In this document: positions 14,898-28,964 of the stretch, piece by piece
Position numbering within the stretch: position 1 is the stretch's first letter
How the letters are laid out: each line of letters starts with the position of its first letter
DNA from: Eledone cirrhosa
Taxonomy: Eukaryota
Length of the DNA: 64,000 bases
Direction: 5' to 3'
NCBI GenBank assembly: GCA_964016885.1
Contig: OZ024741.1
Span: 132,556,001-132,620,000, forward strand
Notes under the pieces: model-generated
Seen by the model: the letters and a program-made list of their open reading frames with translations, nothing else
Database searches by the model: none
What the model was told of the DNA's origin: nothing
Position numbers and translations under genes: made by a program

Positions 14898-15103
14898 ATG
14901 AGTGGTTGAATAAATGGATTCGTATCGTGAGGTTGTGAGATCGATTCCCGGACTGGACGATGCATTCTGTCCTTGGGCAAGACACACTCTATTTCACGTT
15001 GCTCATTCTATCTAGAGTTGTGAGCGATAGATAGTATTAACAATTGGAAAGATCAATGGAAACATTGTTTCCTCGGTCCGATTTGACGAAAATCGATCGA
15101 CTG

Positions 15104-15105
<2 letters not shown>
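14898..15105 (+). mobile_element. tRNA-derived SINE family B
   Basis: A/B-box-like head (GGTTGTGAGATCGATTCCCGG) and GTCCTTGGGCAAGACAC core. Related to 48725-48950 and 13560-13650. Confidence 0.7.
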
Positions 15106-15139
<34 letters not shown>

Positions 15140-15141
<2 letters not shown>

Positions 15142-16861
15142 CTTTTTTACCGCCCTTTATCCTCCGACCCCACTCCTGGCTACCAACAACTCGTGTCCTC
15201 CACCATCCACGAGCTCATCTCCTCCTCTCACCTACCCCCCCCCCCAGCCACCAACCTTATTGTACGCACCCCTCGCACACCCACCATCTACTTCCTCCCA
15301 AAAATACACAAACAAAATAATCCTGGCCGTCCTATCGTTTCTGCGTGCAACTGCCCCACCGAGATAATTTCTGAATATTTAGTCACCATCCTCGACCCGT
15401 TGGTCGGCAATCTCCCCTCCCACATCCAAGATACAAATCATTTCCTTAGACTTTTTTCAACTCTTTCTCTTTGCCTCCTGGTCCCTCCCGCCTTCTCTTT
15501 ACCCTGGACATCACTTCTCTCTATACCGTCATTCCTCATAATGACGGCCTCCGCGCTCTCCAGCATTTTTTAGATTTACGCCCTACTCCTTACCCCAGCA
15601 CTACCACTCTTCTCCGTCTGGCTGAGCTTGTTCTTACCCTTAATGGATTTTCTTTCTCGAGTGAATTTTACCAGCAGGTCTCTGGGTAACGATGGGAACC
15701 AGAATGGGTCCAAACTATGCCAACTTGTTTGTTGGCTACGTCGAAACCCAGATCTTCTCCAAGTACGCTGGACCGACTCCTGAGCTATACGGTCGTTATA
15801 TCGACGACTGTATCGGCGCCACTTCTCTATCACGAGAACAGCTCGACTGTTTTCTTTCTTTTGTCCAATCTTTCCATTCTGCTCTCAATTTCACCGCCTC
15901 TGTCTCCGATTCTTCTGTCGCTTTTCTAGATATCTCTCTATCTATTAATCACTCTCACCACACCCCTTCTACTTCCATCTACATTAAACCAACAGACTCC
16001 CAATCTTATCTCGACTTCACCTCCTCCCATCCTACCCACACCAAACACTCCATAACCTATTCCCAATTCCTCTGTCTTCGTCGACTCTGTAGCCAGGACG
16101 ACGATTTCGAAACCCATTCTCTTTGCATGGCTTCCTGCTTCATCCAGCGTGGATATCCCCCCCTCCCCCCACCTTGATCCAGGCTGCTCTCACCCGCGCC
16201 CTTGAAACAGAACGCACCACAGCCCTCTCACCTCACCCCCGCCCTCCCAACACCCGTGTTCCTTTCCCTCTCACCTACCACCCCATGACTCTACCACTCC
16301 AGCGACATATCCTCCGTTCCTTCCATATCCTCTCTTCTGAGCCCGTCACTTCTTACTTTTTTCCAAACCCACCCATTACTGCTTTTAAGCGCGCCCGAAA
16401 CCTCCGCGACCTCCTGGTTCGCAGTCCTTTTTCGTCCTTTCCCATGACTCCACCCGGGTCTTATCCTTGTTCCCGAACCCGCTGCAACACTTATCCCTTT
16501 ATTTTCACCCTCACCACTCTCACAGGCTCTAACGGGTCTTTCCGTATCCGCCATTCCTTCACCTGTACATCCACCCACGTTGTCTATGCCCTCCGGTGTT
16601 CCCTTTGCGAGTCTTTATACATCGGGCAAACGTATGGTGGACCGTTTTGCCGAACATTTGAGGGACATACGACTCGGTTTGGATACTCCTCTCCCCCGTC
16701 ATTTCTGTTCTCCTGGTCATTCTTCCCTACATGTTTCAGTCCTGGGTGTCATTTTACATTATGGATCACAGGCCTCGCGCGCCAGGACTGAACAAAGTCT
16801 GATTCAACGTCTTGAGTCCTATTCCCCTCTTGGACTCAACTCACCTCCCCAATTTCTCTAA
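15140..16861 (+). pseudogene. Penelope-like element (Neptune/Poseidon-type) RT plus GIY-YIG endonuclease, 5'-truncated and frameshifted
   Basis: YFLPKIHK..PGRPIVS, LFTLDITSLYTVIP, MGTRMGPNYANLF, RYIDD, FLDI, YIKPTD..YL..SSHP, FTCTSTHVVYALRCSLC..YIGQT, RFAEH, PLGLN. Preceded by (TA)n. Confidence 0.93.
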
Positions 16862-17401
16862 TACCCCGTCCATTATCACACCCCTTGATTGCTATCGCTT
16901 CCTCTTGATCATTGGCAGCTTCCCTTACTACTAATACATGACTAACATACTTTTGCTCATAGCTTCGTACTTACATGCACACACACTCTTTTACTCACAT
17001 ATACACACACATTTCTTCTTAGCTTCGTACGGATCTATAATAACACACACACACAAACTCATACTTACGCACGTGCTCTTTTTACAAAACGGTTTTTTTT
17101 TTCATTTCAGGTAGACGCCTGCCATCATCCTCATTTCTAAAAGACAAATCATACACAAAACGCCAGCACCAACAGTTTTGCAAGAGATGTCAACATGAAT
17201 GGACCTGTTATTTTTATCTAAAGACATTTTTTCCAATTCCATCCCACCCGTCCCCTCAATCTATTTTATTTCTCATGCTTTCTTCTGATGAAGGACTAGC
17301 GTCCGAAACAGTAAGACTCTCTTCCTGCTATATCAAGCGTTAACCTAATATATACCTTCCATATACTGTACCGATTGGGTTGTTATTTCTGTTTACCTTT
17401 T

Positions 17402-17410
<9 letters not shown>
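16862..17410 (+). mobile_element. PLE pseudo-LTR (3' terminal region) running into (TA)n
   Basis: Follows the ORF stop and carries an HHR. Homologous pieces at 41590-41985 and 50200-50530. Confidence 0.8.
17281..17316 (+). ncRNA. Minimal type I hammerhead ribozyme
   Basis: tctt CUGAUGA a GGAC-UAGC-GUCC GAAA C-A-GU A aga. Confidence 0.85.
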
Positions 17411-17469
<59 letters not shown>

Positions 17470-17635
17470 TGCTGCTACTATCATGACTACACACCTCTCT
17501 CTCTATGCACAAGAATTCATTCTCGAGTTGCCTTCTGGGCAAGGAAGATGGCAAAAAACTTACTCCAACACTTATTTTTAAATCTTTAACTTTTAGTTTT
17601 TAATTTTTATTAATTCTTTTTAATTGTGATACTCA

Positions 17636-17680
17636 ACATTTGATAAGATGAATTTTAATAATACATCGAAACCGGTAATA
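17636..17680 (+). ncRNA. Hammerhead ribozyme, U3-A8 variant, in a separate PLE terminal fragment between (TA)n tracts
   Basis: UUGAUAA GAUG-loop-CAUC GAAA CCGGU A. Palindromic stem III ACCGGU. Confidence 0.7.
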
Positions 17681-17887
17681 CTTTATATACTTTATAAAAC
17701 TCTTTTTTAAAAGAATTGTCCCTCTTATTTTTTCAATAATGTCATCTTTTCAATAATGTCACTTTGACGAATCAAAGAAAGGGAAAAAAAGAAAAAGAGA
17801 CCCTAAAATATATTTTCCATGCTATTTTCAACTTCACCTTTTCTCTATATCCACTAGTTTGTATAGAACGTTACTTCCCTTTTCTTT

Positions 17888-17948
<61 letters not shown>

Positions 17949-18489
17949 AGTTGCCATATATGAAATTCATTTTTATTGGCCAGATTAGTTCACGTGGTGG
18001 AACTTACTAATTATTCGACAGTCATTTGATGTTAATTATATTATGTTTACATTCCTGAGATTTTCGTCTTTAGTATTTCTTTTTGCCGTCTCCATTACAA
18101 CAACCGCCTGTGACCTATTAATACACTGTGTCCCTCAAAGCAGAAGGATTAGGAAATTATACAAGATAGAGTATTTATTTCAAATTTATTATTTATTTAT
18201 TTAATTATTCGTTTATTTAATCCATTTAAATGTCCGTATAGGTATGACCGTCTATGGGAATTATCTAGTACTTCTTATTGTTGAGAAACAAAAAAAAGAT
18301 ATACAGAGATAAGTGAATAAAAAAATTTAAATAGAATTTAAATATGGAAGGCCAACGTGAAACAAAATAAGTATATAAAAATATTTAAATATTGTTCTTA
18401 TATTTTAAACGTTTCATGCCTCAACTATTGTGTAATCATCCCTGGTATGTCTTTATCACCATTGGTGTATATTTCTCATCGTATTTAAT

Positions 18490-20245
18490 AACGATTTCTT
18501 TATTTCTTTATTATGTCTTTATTTCTTTATTATTTCTTTAATATTTCTTTATTATTTCTTTATTATTTTCTTATTATTTCTTCATTATTTCTTTATTATT
18601 TCTTTATTATTTTCTTATTATTTCTTCATTATTTCTTTATTATTTTCTTATTATTTCTTCATTATTTCTTTATTATTTCTTTATTATTTTCTTATTATTT
18701 ATGAATTTCTTTATTATTTCTTTAATATTTCTTTATTATTTCTTTATTATTTCTTTATTTTCTTATTATTTCTTCATTATTTCTTTATTATTTCTTTATT
18801 ATTTTCTTATTATTTATGAATTTCTTTATTATTTCTTTAATATTTCTTTAATATTTCTTTATTATTTCTTTATTTCTTTATCATTTCTTTATTATTTCTT
18901 AATTTCTTTATTTCCTTATTATTTCTTAATTTCTTTATTATTTCTTTATTATTTCTTTATTTCTTTATCATTTCTTTATTATTTCTTTATTTCTTTATTT
19001 CTTTATCATTTCTTTATTATTTCTTTATTTCTTTATTATTTCTTTATTTCTTTATTTCCTTATTATTTCTTAATTTCTTTATTATTTCTTTATTATTTCT
19101 TTATTTCCTTATTATTTCTTTATTTCTTTATTATTATCTTATTATTTGTTTATTATTTCTTTATTTTTTCTTTATTTTTTTATTATTTCTTTATTATTTC
19201 TTTATTTCTTTATTATTTCCTTATTATTTCCTTATTATTTCCTTATTATTTCCTTATTTCCTTATTATTTCTTTATTTCTTCATTATTTCTTTATTATTT
19301 CCTTATTATTTCTTTATTTCTTTATTATTTCTTTATTATTTCTTTATTATTTCCTTATTATTTCCTTATTTCTTTATTATTTCTTTATTTCCTTATTATT
19401 TCCTTATTATTTTTCATTTCTTTATTATTTCTTTATTATTTCTTTATTATTTCTTTATTAGTTTTTTATTATTTCTTTATTATTTCTTTATTTCTTTATT
19501 ATTTCTTTATTATTTCTTTATTATTTCTTTATCATTTCTTTATTATTTCTTTATTATTTCTTTATTATTTCTTTATTATTTCTTTATTATTTCTTTATTT
19601 CTTTATTATTTCCTTATTATTTCCTTATTATTTGTTTATTTCTTTATTATTTCTTTATTATTTCTTTATTTCTTTATCATTTCTTTATTATTTCCTTATC
19701 ATTTCTTTATTTCTTTATTATTTCTTTATTGCTTTATTTATTTATTTTTTCTTTATTATTTCTTTATTTCTTTATTATTTCTTTATTATTTCTCTATTAT
19801 TTCTTTATAATTTCTTTATTTCTTTATTTCTTTATTTTTTTATTTTTTTATTTTTTTATTTTTTTATTTTTTTATTATTTCCTTATTATTTCCTTATTAT
19901 TTCCTTATTATTTCTTTATTATTTCCTTATTTCCTTATTATTTCCTTATTATTTCTTTATTTCTTTATTTCTTTATTATTTCTTTATTTCTTTATTATTT
20001 CCTTATTATTTCTTTATTATTTCTTTATTATTTCCTCATTATTTGTTTATTTCTTTATTATTTCCTTATTATTTCTTTATTTCTTTTTTATTTCTTTATT
20101 ACTTCCTTATTATTTCTTTATTATTTCCTTATTATTTCCTTTCATTTCTTTATTATTTCTTTATTATTTCTTTGTTACTTCCTTATTATTTCTTTATTAT
20201 TTCTTTATTATTTCTTTATTATTTCTTTATTGTTTATTTAGTTAT
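18490..20245. repeat. Low-complexity satellite built from TTTC/TTTA/TTA units (~1.75 kb)
   Basis: Almost G-free + strand with recurring TTTCTTTATTAT. Confidence 0.95.
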
Positions 20246-20699
20246 TTAGTTATTCGTTGATTCATGTAATTTAATAGTAATTGTACAATAGTAATTAAAC
20301 TTAATGCATTCATGGGTTAAAGATAGAATAACTATCCAGAAGAAGAAGAAACAAAAGAAGAATAAAGGAGGAAGAAAAATATAAAATAAAAAAATAAAAA
20401 AACAGGAAGAAACATATGAAAAAGAAAGAAAGAAAAGAAAAAGAAATAAGAACAGTATAATGTAAAGAAAAAAAAGGAGAGAAAATAAGAAGGAGAAAGA
20501 AAGAAAGTCCAACGCTACCAAAATGAAATAAGAAATATTCATATAAAATGTTTCAGTTTATTTTTTAGATGAGAGAAGCTAATATTTTGTGGCTTGGAGG
20601 TTAATTGGCTGTCAGTAATATTTTCTGCCTTTTCACTTTACTTTATATATTTTCTTTATTTTTTTTCTATTTTCTCCTTCTCAATAGCTATCCTGCATT

Positions 20700-21010
20700 A
20701 AGTTTAATTATCATTCTACAATTATGATCGAATATACTGGCAGACAGGAACCTTTCCTTGCGATGATGAAAAGACGGAAGTTTATGGTCATGTATCCCGT
20801 CACAACGCCTTATTTGAAACCATATTTCAAGGTCGAGGGGAGACGAAGGAGAAGCAGATAAAGAAAATCCTGATCCGACAACATCAAAGACTGGACTGGT
20901 CACAACACTGAGACCCTTCTACGCATGATGGAGAATAGAGACCAATGGCGACGACTGACTACGAAAGCGTCTAGAGTATCACTCCAACGACTTGTTGCAT
21001 CACGAGAACG
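20700..21010 (+). mobile_element. RTE/BovB-like LINE 3' fragment
   Basis: FYGHVSRHNAL..TIFQGR..RRR..DNIKDWTG..ENRDQWRR. Confidence 0.7.
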
Positions 21011-21664
21011 TGACATGCATATCTCTGAAGAGTTGGAAGTGATAGCATGCTGGCTTTCTGTCCGAAGAGTCGGTGAGTCATTGGGCTGTCGGATTATGTC
21101 ACACTATATTGTTACTACGTTGTTACTGACAAACAAGCCACTCCTAGTCAATCAACACGCCAGAAATAGTAGCCAAATACCCCTTCAAATCACGTCATTG
21201 TCTTCTTAAATACTGAAAAAAAATATGTTACTCGATGTTACTGACGAGCCAATCTCTCCTAGTCAATCAGCCTACCAGAAATAGCAGCCAAATACCCCTC
21301 AAATCACGTCCTTCTGTCTTAAGTACTGTAAGGGGATATGCTAATGTAATCCTACATGCATCTATAAGGGGGTGGTCATGGCTGGAATTCCTTTTATTAT
21401 AGGAAGGTCAGCTCGTTTATAGTTGACCTAGGGCCTAATAACAACAACAGCAGCTGCACTACGCTATCCTTCGGCAAAAAACACACCATTGATGATGATT
21501 TCTCGTGACTTAATCCAACGAAAAAGCTTTTATGTTGTTAATTGATCTGCAGGAAATAACAACCAAATATCCTTCAAAACATACACTAATGGTGATAAAT
21601 AAAGACACATAGGGTAATGTGGTTAGGGGTTCCCTCAGCATAGGAAACGAACGGCATGGCCCAG

Positions 21665-21922
21665 AGGCTCATCAGGGCGGTGCTTATCTCAGTTCCCGGG
21701 GCGTGAAGCGACTGGAAATATAAGACTTCCCCTGGACAGAAGACCAGTCCATCACATGGTTATACACCTTGTTATTGCTGGTATTAATTTTCTGATGAAT
21801 ATACTGGAGCAACGTGAAATGAAGTGTTTTGCCCAAGAACACAACACACAACCCAATCTAGGAATTGAATCTACGATATTATGATCATAAGTTCAACACA
21901 CTTATTACTAGGCCACGCGTCT
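21665..21922 (-). mobile_element. tRNA-derived SINE (family B-like)
   Basis: Reverse strand GCGTGGCCTAGT..GATTCAATTCC head and TTCTTGGGCAAAACACTTCATTTCACGTTGCTCCAG core. Confidence 0.75.
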
Positions 21923-22084
21923 CTTCGAGTGCTCGATCACGACTAGCGTAGGGTTAAACAAGAACAGCTTGTAATTAGATTCAAGGCCAAGTGATGAACT
22001 GCCATCGTCGATGCTGTTGTTTAGCGACAAATCTATGATATTCCATCTGGGGCCATTCAATATTGTATTCAGATATAGTATGAC

Positions 22085-22260
22085 ATAGGCATGGCTGAGT
22101 GTTTAAGAGCGTTACTACTCAATCCTGATCTCCCATGTTCGATCCTACAGCGTAACAGCTTAGACACGAGTTTGAAGTATAGTCTCAGATCTACCCAACA
22201 CTTGTGAGTGAGATTGTGTAGTCGGCAACTGTGCGGAAGCCCTTTGAATGAACTGTACCA
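22085..22260 (+). mobile_element. tRNA-derived SINE, degenerate
   Basis: GGCATGGCTGAGTGTTTAAGAGCG..GTTCGATCC head. Confidence 0.6.
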
Positions 22261-22319
22261 GAATTCAAAGGTCACGTCTTGACATATTGGGTAACGCTAA
22301 TTCAAAGGTTCAGTTTTAT

Positions 22320-23200
22320 CGTATTTGGTCACACTGATTCGGCTTTGGAATTACGACAATAGTGCATATGACTCTGGAATATTCTACTATTCCCACGCTA
22401 ATTCCCACATGCCTGAGGAATGTAAACCTGGTGAAGCCTATCCGTCTCCATGTCCGTCCACAACCAATTTCTTCCAACTAAATGGCTCGCCTTGGTCAAT
22501 AAACATGAATATGTTACAGTTTGTCTGGAAACTTTTTCCATCCTGACTGGTGTTTTATCAAGGAGGTTCGCTCACTTATGCCGTGTTAACATCACCCTCT
22601 CACATGGTTTTACCCGGCTACATGAAGCAGTTTACCCAGGTATGGCCCTTAGTTTCCCACGGGAGATATATTTATAAGATTGATGAGGACCACTTGTCAC
22701 TGTCGCCACCTATAACTTAGAGATCAGCGTATCAGCAGTTAAATGTGTCACCTCTATCCAGAGCTCTATATACCCAGCACTGATAACACAGAGCGGTGGT
22801 TTGCCAGGTTAGTATACATGGTAGAGGGCAAATCTAAATGCTTTCCGTTACTCCTTCTGTCTTCATTCTATTACTACTCCGTGCAGGAGAATCATATTCA
22901 AATTATTCCGTATCTTTATATTTTCCATCTGAGAATTTAATTCAAATATTGCTGGAGTCGCTTTTCTTACTTATTCCAGTCATCCAACAGAATATCTATA
23001 TATCTATGAACCCAACTGAGGAAGTCCCATTGCGTATTTAAAGTCGAAATTACATGATCAGATATGAAATACCAACTATCTTCGAATTGTTTACAGTCAG
23101 ACAAATTAGCTACATTGGAACTGGTTTAACTCTAACCTTACTTTATAGCTTCACAAAGTAAGCAAATTTAGATGTATGATCATCTGGTTTTGTTTTTAAA
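22320..23200 (-). mobile_element. Highly decayed LINE (APE endonuclease and linker region, RTE-like)
   Basis: Only remnant motifs (DF.A-like near 23045) with many stops. Confidence 0.35.
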
Positions 23201-23269
23201 ATTTCTCATTAATAGAGATGAATCGGTTTTCCTGTTCTCAGAGAAATCTTTCCTCTTCACCCATTAATT

Positions 23270-23700
23270 CCTGAAAATGCTGTGGGGACAGAGTCCTCAA
23301 GCACACCTTCCAGCAGATTTTGTGAGAAGCAACCACTCCTACTGATCCGGTTGGATCACCAAGCGTAACCAACCGAACGCATGGATGTTATCCAACCATC
23401 CTGCCAGTTGGTTTTTGCAATATAACTGAATCTCCTGAATCTCCTGCCAGTTGGTTTTTGCCCTTAATATCTGCCCAGTGATTCTTTGCAGAGATATTCT
23501 AACACAACATGTCCACAATTTCGGAGCTGTGATCTCTTGATTCGGAGAAGTAACGGCTCTACCTGAGCGACTATTTGATCACCGAGGTACACACTCAAAC
23601 AAATAAGGTTATTCCCAAGAACTTTCGTAGGAACCCCATTTTGGACGCTTGTATTCACGATCGCATTCTTTCGGTCATTACCAGAGAAGGTTTTCAATGC
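23270..23700 (-). mobile_element. RTE LINE 3' fragment
   Basis: QVEPLLLRIKRSQLRNCGHVV, homologous to 540-610. Confidence 0.75.
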
Positions 23701-23768
23701 AATTTACACATTAATTAGTCGATTTTATATGGTATGGTATGTATGTTTGTACCTATGTATGTATGTCA

Positions 23769-24260
23769 GGTCGCTCTCGAATGCTACTGGTAACATGTAA
23801 CCCAGTAAAACCTGTCTCGTGGTCGGGTCGTCGGCGATTAAACCGGCAACCCCACCGAGTTTACTTGGTGAGGGGATGATTTTTGACATCCTGCAGGACA
23901 AAAAAACAAAACCTGACAAAGGGCGGAAGAACTCATAAGAGTCAACGACGATCCAAAAATGCGTATATATATATATATATATGTATGTATGTGTATATGC
24001 ATGTGTATGTATATGCGCGGGGACATAGAAATAATCGGGCTGGATACTCGATCGAGCGGTTAAACCACTGGAAATGAAGGACCCCTAGCCCTTGTGAGGG
24101 CTTTCTTCTAGTAGAAGGCAACTCAGGAAACTGGCTCAGTGCACAGCCTTTCCTTTTAAAAAATCTTCACGCACAGGCATTGCACGATAGCATTACTTGA
24201 TAATTATTAATAATGGTATATCGTGCAATGTCCATACTCGATAATGAGGGGACAGCCGTC
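23769..24260 (+). mobile_element. Non-autonomous element X, subfamily 2, internally deleted
   Basis: Aligns to 10841-11455. (TATG)n on both flanks. Confidence 0.7.
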
Positions 24261-24874
24261 ATGTATGTATGTATATATTGGTGGACTGGATTTTAAAATA
24301 TTGGTTACCAGGAAGAGACAAAGGGGTACACACACAACTACAATACTATAATTTTAGAACAACAAAGCCGAAGTAAGCTATAGCCACAGAACCACAGCTA
24401 GAGTTTGCAAGGTGAGCGGTGCTTAACGCCCAGCGAAGCCGAAGTAAGCTATAGCCACAGAACTACAGCTAGAGTTTGCGGAGCTTCTTCTTCTATCTTC
24501 TATCTTCTTCTAGTTGGCAAAACCAGAAACAAAATCATCCTTCTTCTTGACGCTAGGCGGAAAATGAACTCAGAACAGTCTTTCCCAATTAAAATTAGCA
24601 GTTAAACAATTATATAACCAGAAGTTGTACCACTCAACCAACTGAGACTGCCTGAAATTTTAAACATTTTTTTAAAATTATATTGCAAATATTAACCTTT
24701 GGAATCTTTATGGTCTTACCTACTTTAAACTTATGTATTGATTTGCTGAAGTATTCTATACCGTTGGATACTGGGTTCGGTTATTCTATCAATTATTAGA
24801 CTAAAATTTACTTTTATTTATTTAATTATTTTCATTTTTATCTCTACAAATATCTAATCCCCTCGCTCTATCTA

Positions 24875-24923
<49 letters not shown>

Positions 24924-24926
24924 ATG

Positions 24927-25035
<109 letters not shown>

Positions 25036-25710
25036 GTGTGTATAAAGAAAGACAGAGAGAAAGACGGACTGACATGCCTACACAGATATTCATAGATATT
25101 CGTGAGTGTTGTACAAATATAGCCGAATATACACATCATCTCCTTCCCCCTTGCATTTTAGCCCTACCTTGCAACTGGAAGCCACCTTCCTTGAAAACCT
25201 CTCGAAATCTCACATCACTTTTACTAACTACAAGAAAATCGAAATCTATACGTATCTCTACCACGAGTACACATAATATAGCGAACATTTTTTCATAGAT
25301 AATCGAAATACAAGGACTAAGGTAAATAAGCCTAGTTTCTAATAACGGAAATGCAGAAAAATGTATCACCCCACCCCCGCCATATCTTCTCAGCATCACA
25401 TTGCATAACTAAATAGATCCTCCAGTTCAAATTTTGTTCGGGTCTCCCTATCATCCTTCCGGGGTTGACAAAATAAACTACCAGTTTTTGAAAACTCATA
25501 TTCTAAACATTAATCTCTGAAAACTTTATCGTCTTTCCTGATTTATGGATTGCATCAAATATCTATATAATATCCTTCCATACCGGCTTCGTTTATTCTA
25601 TTATTTGTCAGACTCTACTTTTAATATTATTTATTTTCATATTTTCCCCTACAAACAACTAATTATATATAGATAGATAGATAGATATGTATATATATTT
25701 AATTATATGA

Positions 25711-25982
25711 GTATAAAGAAAGTGTCCATTGCAGAAATACTATAAAGATTGCTTATGAAATAGAGTGAAAACCCTTAAAAGACGGGAAAAGAATCTGCCA
25801 ACGACCGCTAGGAGGAATTCAACCCCATATCTTCAAGATATCTTCTGCCACTATCTGGAAAATATGGGGTTCAATTCCTCATAGCAGTCATTGGCAAATT
25901 CTTTTTCCGTCTTTTAAAGTTGTTCCCCTTATTTTACAAGCTATCTTTACAGCATTTCTGCCCTTAAGCACTTTCTTTATAC
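25711..25982. repeat. Diverged fold-back (MITE-like) inverted repeat, ~130-bp arms
   Basis: GTATAAAGAAAGTG..GAATTCAACCCCATAT versus ATATGGGGTTCAATTC..CACTTTCTTTATAC. Confidence 0.8.
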
Positions 25983-26139
25983 TTTGTAGGTTTCTGTGTA
26001 TTTATATGTAATTATATCAATACTCGATATATGTACAGCCAAAACTATGGAATGTACTCTCAGTCGCTTCGCGCCATGAAACCGGGATAAACACCGGCTC
26101 AACACGCTGGCTTGCAGCGCTCGAGGGCATGCATGCATG

Positions 26140-26440
26140 CATTATGAAGCACAGATTTTCAAAATGGAACATGTGACAGTTAGTTATATAATCAAGTGCC
26201 TCAAAAATCGCAGGTACAAAAATATATTCCAGGCATATTATGTGCAGATTTTTCATCAATTCGGCATACATATTTTTGTTTGTATATTTTTTTTGTTTTT
26301 ATTTTGCTTATCTTTAACATTATGTTAACATCTGCTGGGGAAACTGATTTCCACTACTGTGCACATGTTCTTTTTCTAGTCCACGATCATTATGTCTGGT
26401 CTGTTATGCCTACATTTTACAGAGGTTTAAGATACGAATG
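26140..26440 (-). mobile_element. Decayed Dong/R4 family 1 REL fragment
   Basis: MYAELMKNLHII..PAIFEALDY, homologous to IYAEVMRNLQIL..PVIIGALGY. Confidence 0.7.
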
Positions 26441-27194
26441 TATATGTGAATAGCTTCGTATGTATTTATCTATATATGCACGTATGTATATATATGTGTG
26501 TGTGTTTACTTATATATGAAGTAAACGCACATACACACATGCACACACACACACACACACACCTATATATATATATCATTTACTCATTTACCTGTTCCAG
26601 CCATCCGAGAGAGGGGGGAGAGAGAGAAAGAGAAAGAAAGAGATGATAGATAGATAGTTAGATAGATGAATATAGATTACGTATATATATGAGTTGTATA
26701 TATCTATGTACGTACATACGCACTTATGTAAAAATGTACTAATAAACAAACACACATGCACACACATATATAGATATTTGTTTGCATGTATACATGTATA
26801 CATGCATGTGCGTATAAGCATATTGTGCCGCTGTCTGTCATTTCTAATGTACATGTAAAGGTATGCATACATATATGTATGCATATGTTGTGTATATGTG
26901 CATGAGTGCGTGTGCACATGTCTACATGGGTATGCATATGTGTGTTAGTGCGTGTCTGCAAGCGTTTATATTTACTTTGTATCCGTATATTGATTGTTTA
27001 TCGATTTTCTAATCAGCGTTTGTTCATGAGAGTATTTATATCTTTTAGAATGCATCTGCCCATCGTAAATGACTATAAAAGATTTCTTTATCTATAATTT
27101 ATACATCCGACATATCGGGAAAAACATTGCTGTTCTTTCGTAAATATTATTGCTCGTCGCACTTTCTTTCTATTAAATATTTTCATTCCTACCT

Positions 27195-27527
27195 ACCACC
27201 ACCACCACCACCACCACCACCACCACCAAACTACCATGAGCACCATCATGAGCACCACCATGAGCACCATCGCCACCACCATCACTACCACCGCCTCCGC
27301 CACCACCACCATGAACACCACCACCATCACCACCACCACCATCACCACCACCATCACCACCACCCCCATCAGTACCACCATCATGGGCACCACCACCACC
27401 ACCATCAACACCACCACCATGAGCACCACCATGAGCACCACCACCATCAACACCACCACCACCATGAGCACCACCATGAGCACCACCACCACCACCATCA
27501 CCACCACCACCACTATGAGTACCACCA
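27195..27527. repeat. (CAC)n / CACCATGAG trinucleotide repeat
   Basis: Direct observation. Confidence 0.9.
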
Positions 27528-28554
27528 AACTCTATCCATATAGTATGTCTTTTGAATAATAAATAAATATATTGTCCCCAACATTGCTGATCGATAATGT
27601 TTCAGACGATCATTTGATAATAATCAAATATAATGATGACTGAGATTCGATGGAATGTCTATTAACGATCTATCGATATCAACAAGAATCAGTTCAGTAA
27701 AAAAGAAATTGGTTGGAGTGAAGTTTGGTTGGATGTGGCTGGGTAAAGAATAAGGTAAAATGTAAGGCTTGTTACCGTTCTATTAGGGGGAAATATTTAA
27801 TGTTTTGATAAGTTAGTGTCAATGTTTTATAGCCTTTTTCAACTGATCTGCTCCAACTTTATTGAATTTCTTTTAACAATCATTTTTTTTAAACCAATTT
27901 CAGTATGTTATAGTGTTTTACCAATTGTTTTTAGCTAATGTAAAATCAATGTGCAGGCGGCGAATTGGTAAAGTCGTTAGAACGTCGGATAAAATGCGTT
28001 ATGATATTCTTTCCGGTCTCTGGTATTTGAGTTCAAATCCTGCCGAGATCAATTTTGCCTTTCGTGGTCGATTCTTCCTCTATCTCTCTTTTTCATTTTC
28101 TCTTTCTAACTTTTCCATCTTTCTCTGGAAAAAAATCTGCTGTGTTCAGGCCTGGAAAGGCTTAAGAGCCACGCTTAAAATGCCCAATACGGCGTCCCTA
28201 CGACTCTATCAGAAGTTACCGGACCATACATACAAAGTCAATGTGTTTATTTCGTTTTTCCAGGCAATTAACCCGTTTCGACTTTTAACCAATTATTTAG
28301 TAAGTCAGTTTCAATGTATTATATATGAGTTTTTCCGACCATTGGACATACCAGTATAAAAATGTTACATATTTTACCGACTATTTGTTGAGCCAATTTC
28401 AACGTGTGTTATCATATTTAGCGACCATGTGCCGAGATAGTTTCAATGTGTGATATCATTTGTTGAGACAGTTTCAGAGTGTAATATGTGTTTTAACGAA
28501 CATTTGTTCAGCCAATTTCACATATATCTTTACATAATTGTTTACATATAAAAA

Positions 28555-28845
28555 AAGAGGTAAAGACACCCTTCGGTCAGGAATGACCATAGGATTTTAA
28601 CCCAGAAAATTCCCCTCCGAGGCACATGTCCGAGATAGGTTGTTTGTAGAAGACCAGCAGTCGCCCATGCATATCAGACTCCCCTCTCCATGCCACTGAT
28701 GTTGTCTAAGGGAAGGCAAAGGCCGATACAGCTTGGCACCAGTGACGTCGCAACTCATTTCTACAGCTGAGTAAACTGGAGCAACGTGAAATAAAGTGTC
28801 TTGCTCAAGAACACAACGCTCTAACCACTAAGCCATGTGTCTTCA
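28555..28845 (-). mobile_element. tRNA-derived SINE (family B head and core, different tail)
   Basis: Reverse strand ATGGCTTAGTGGTTAGAGCG, TTCTTGAGCAAGACACTTTATTTCACGTTGCTCCAG. Confidence 0.75.
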
Positions 28846-28964
28846 TTTTACATATATCATATATCATATATCATATATCATATACATATACACAAATACT
28901 TAAGGCAACATGATTGCAGTTTAGTTACTCACACCTGACTTTGTTTCCTCTTAACTTTCTCTAT

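Noticed and set aside
18403-18445. Minus-strand GAUGAUU..GCAUGAAACGUU resembling a Naiad-type HHR
   Set aside because: The core is broken (GGGAUGA), so it is too degenerate to call.
18513-20249. 369-aa and 367-aa hydrophobic ORFs
   Set aside because: They are translations of a TTTC/TTA satellite that lacks stop codons because of its composition.
27127-27559. His-rich or Thr-rich ORF
   Set aside because: It is a (CAC)n repeat open in several frames, with no unique coding flanks or splice context.
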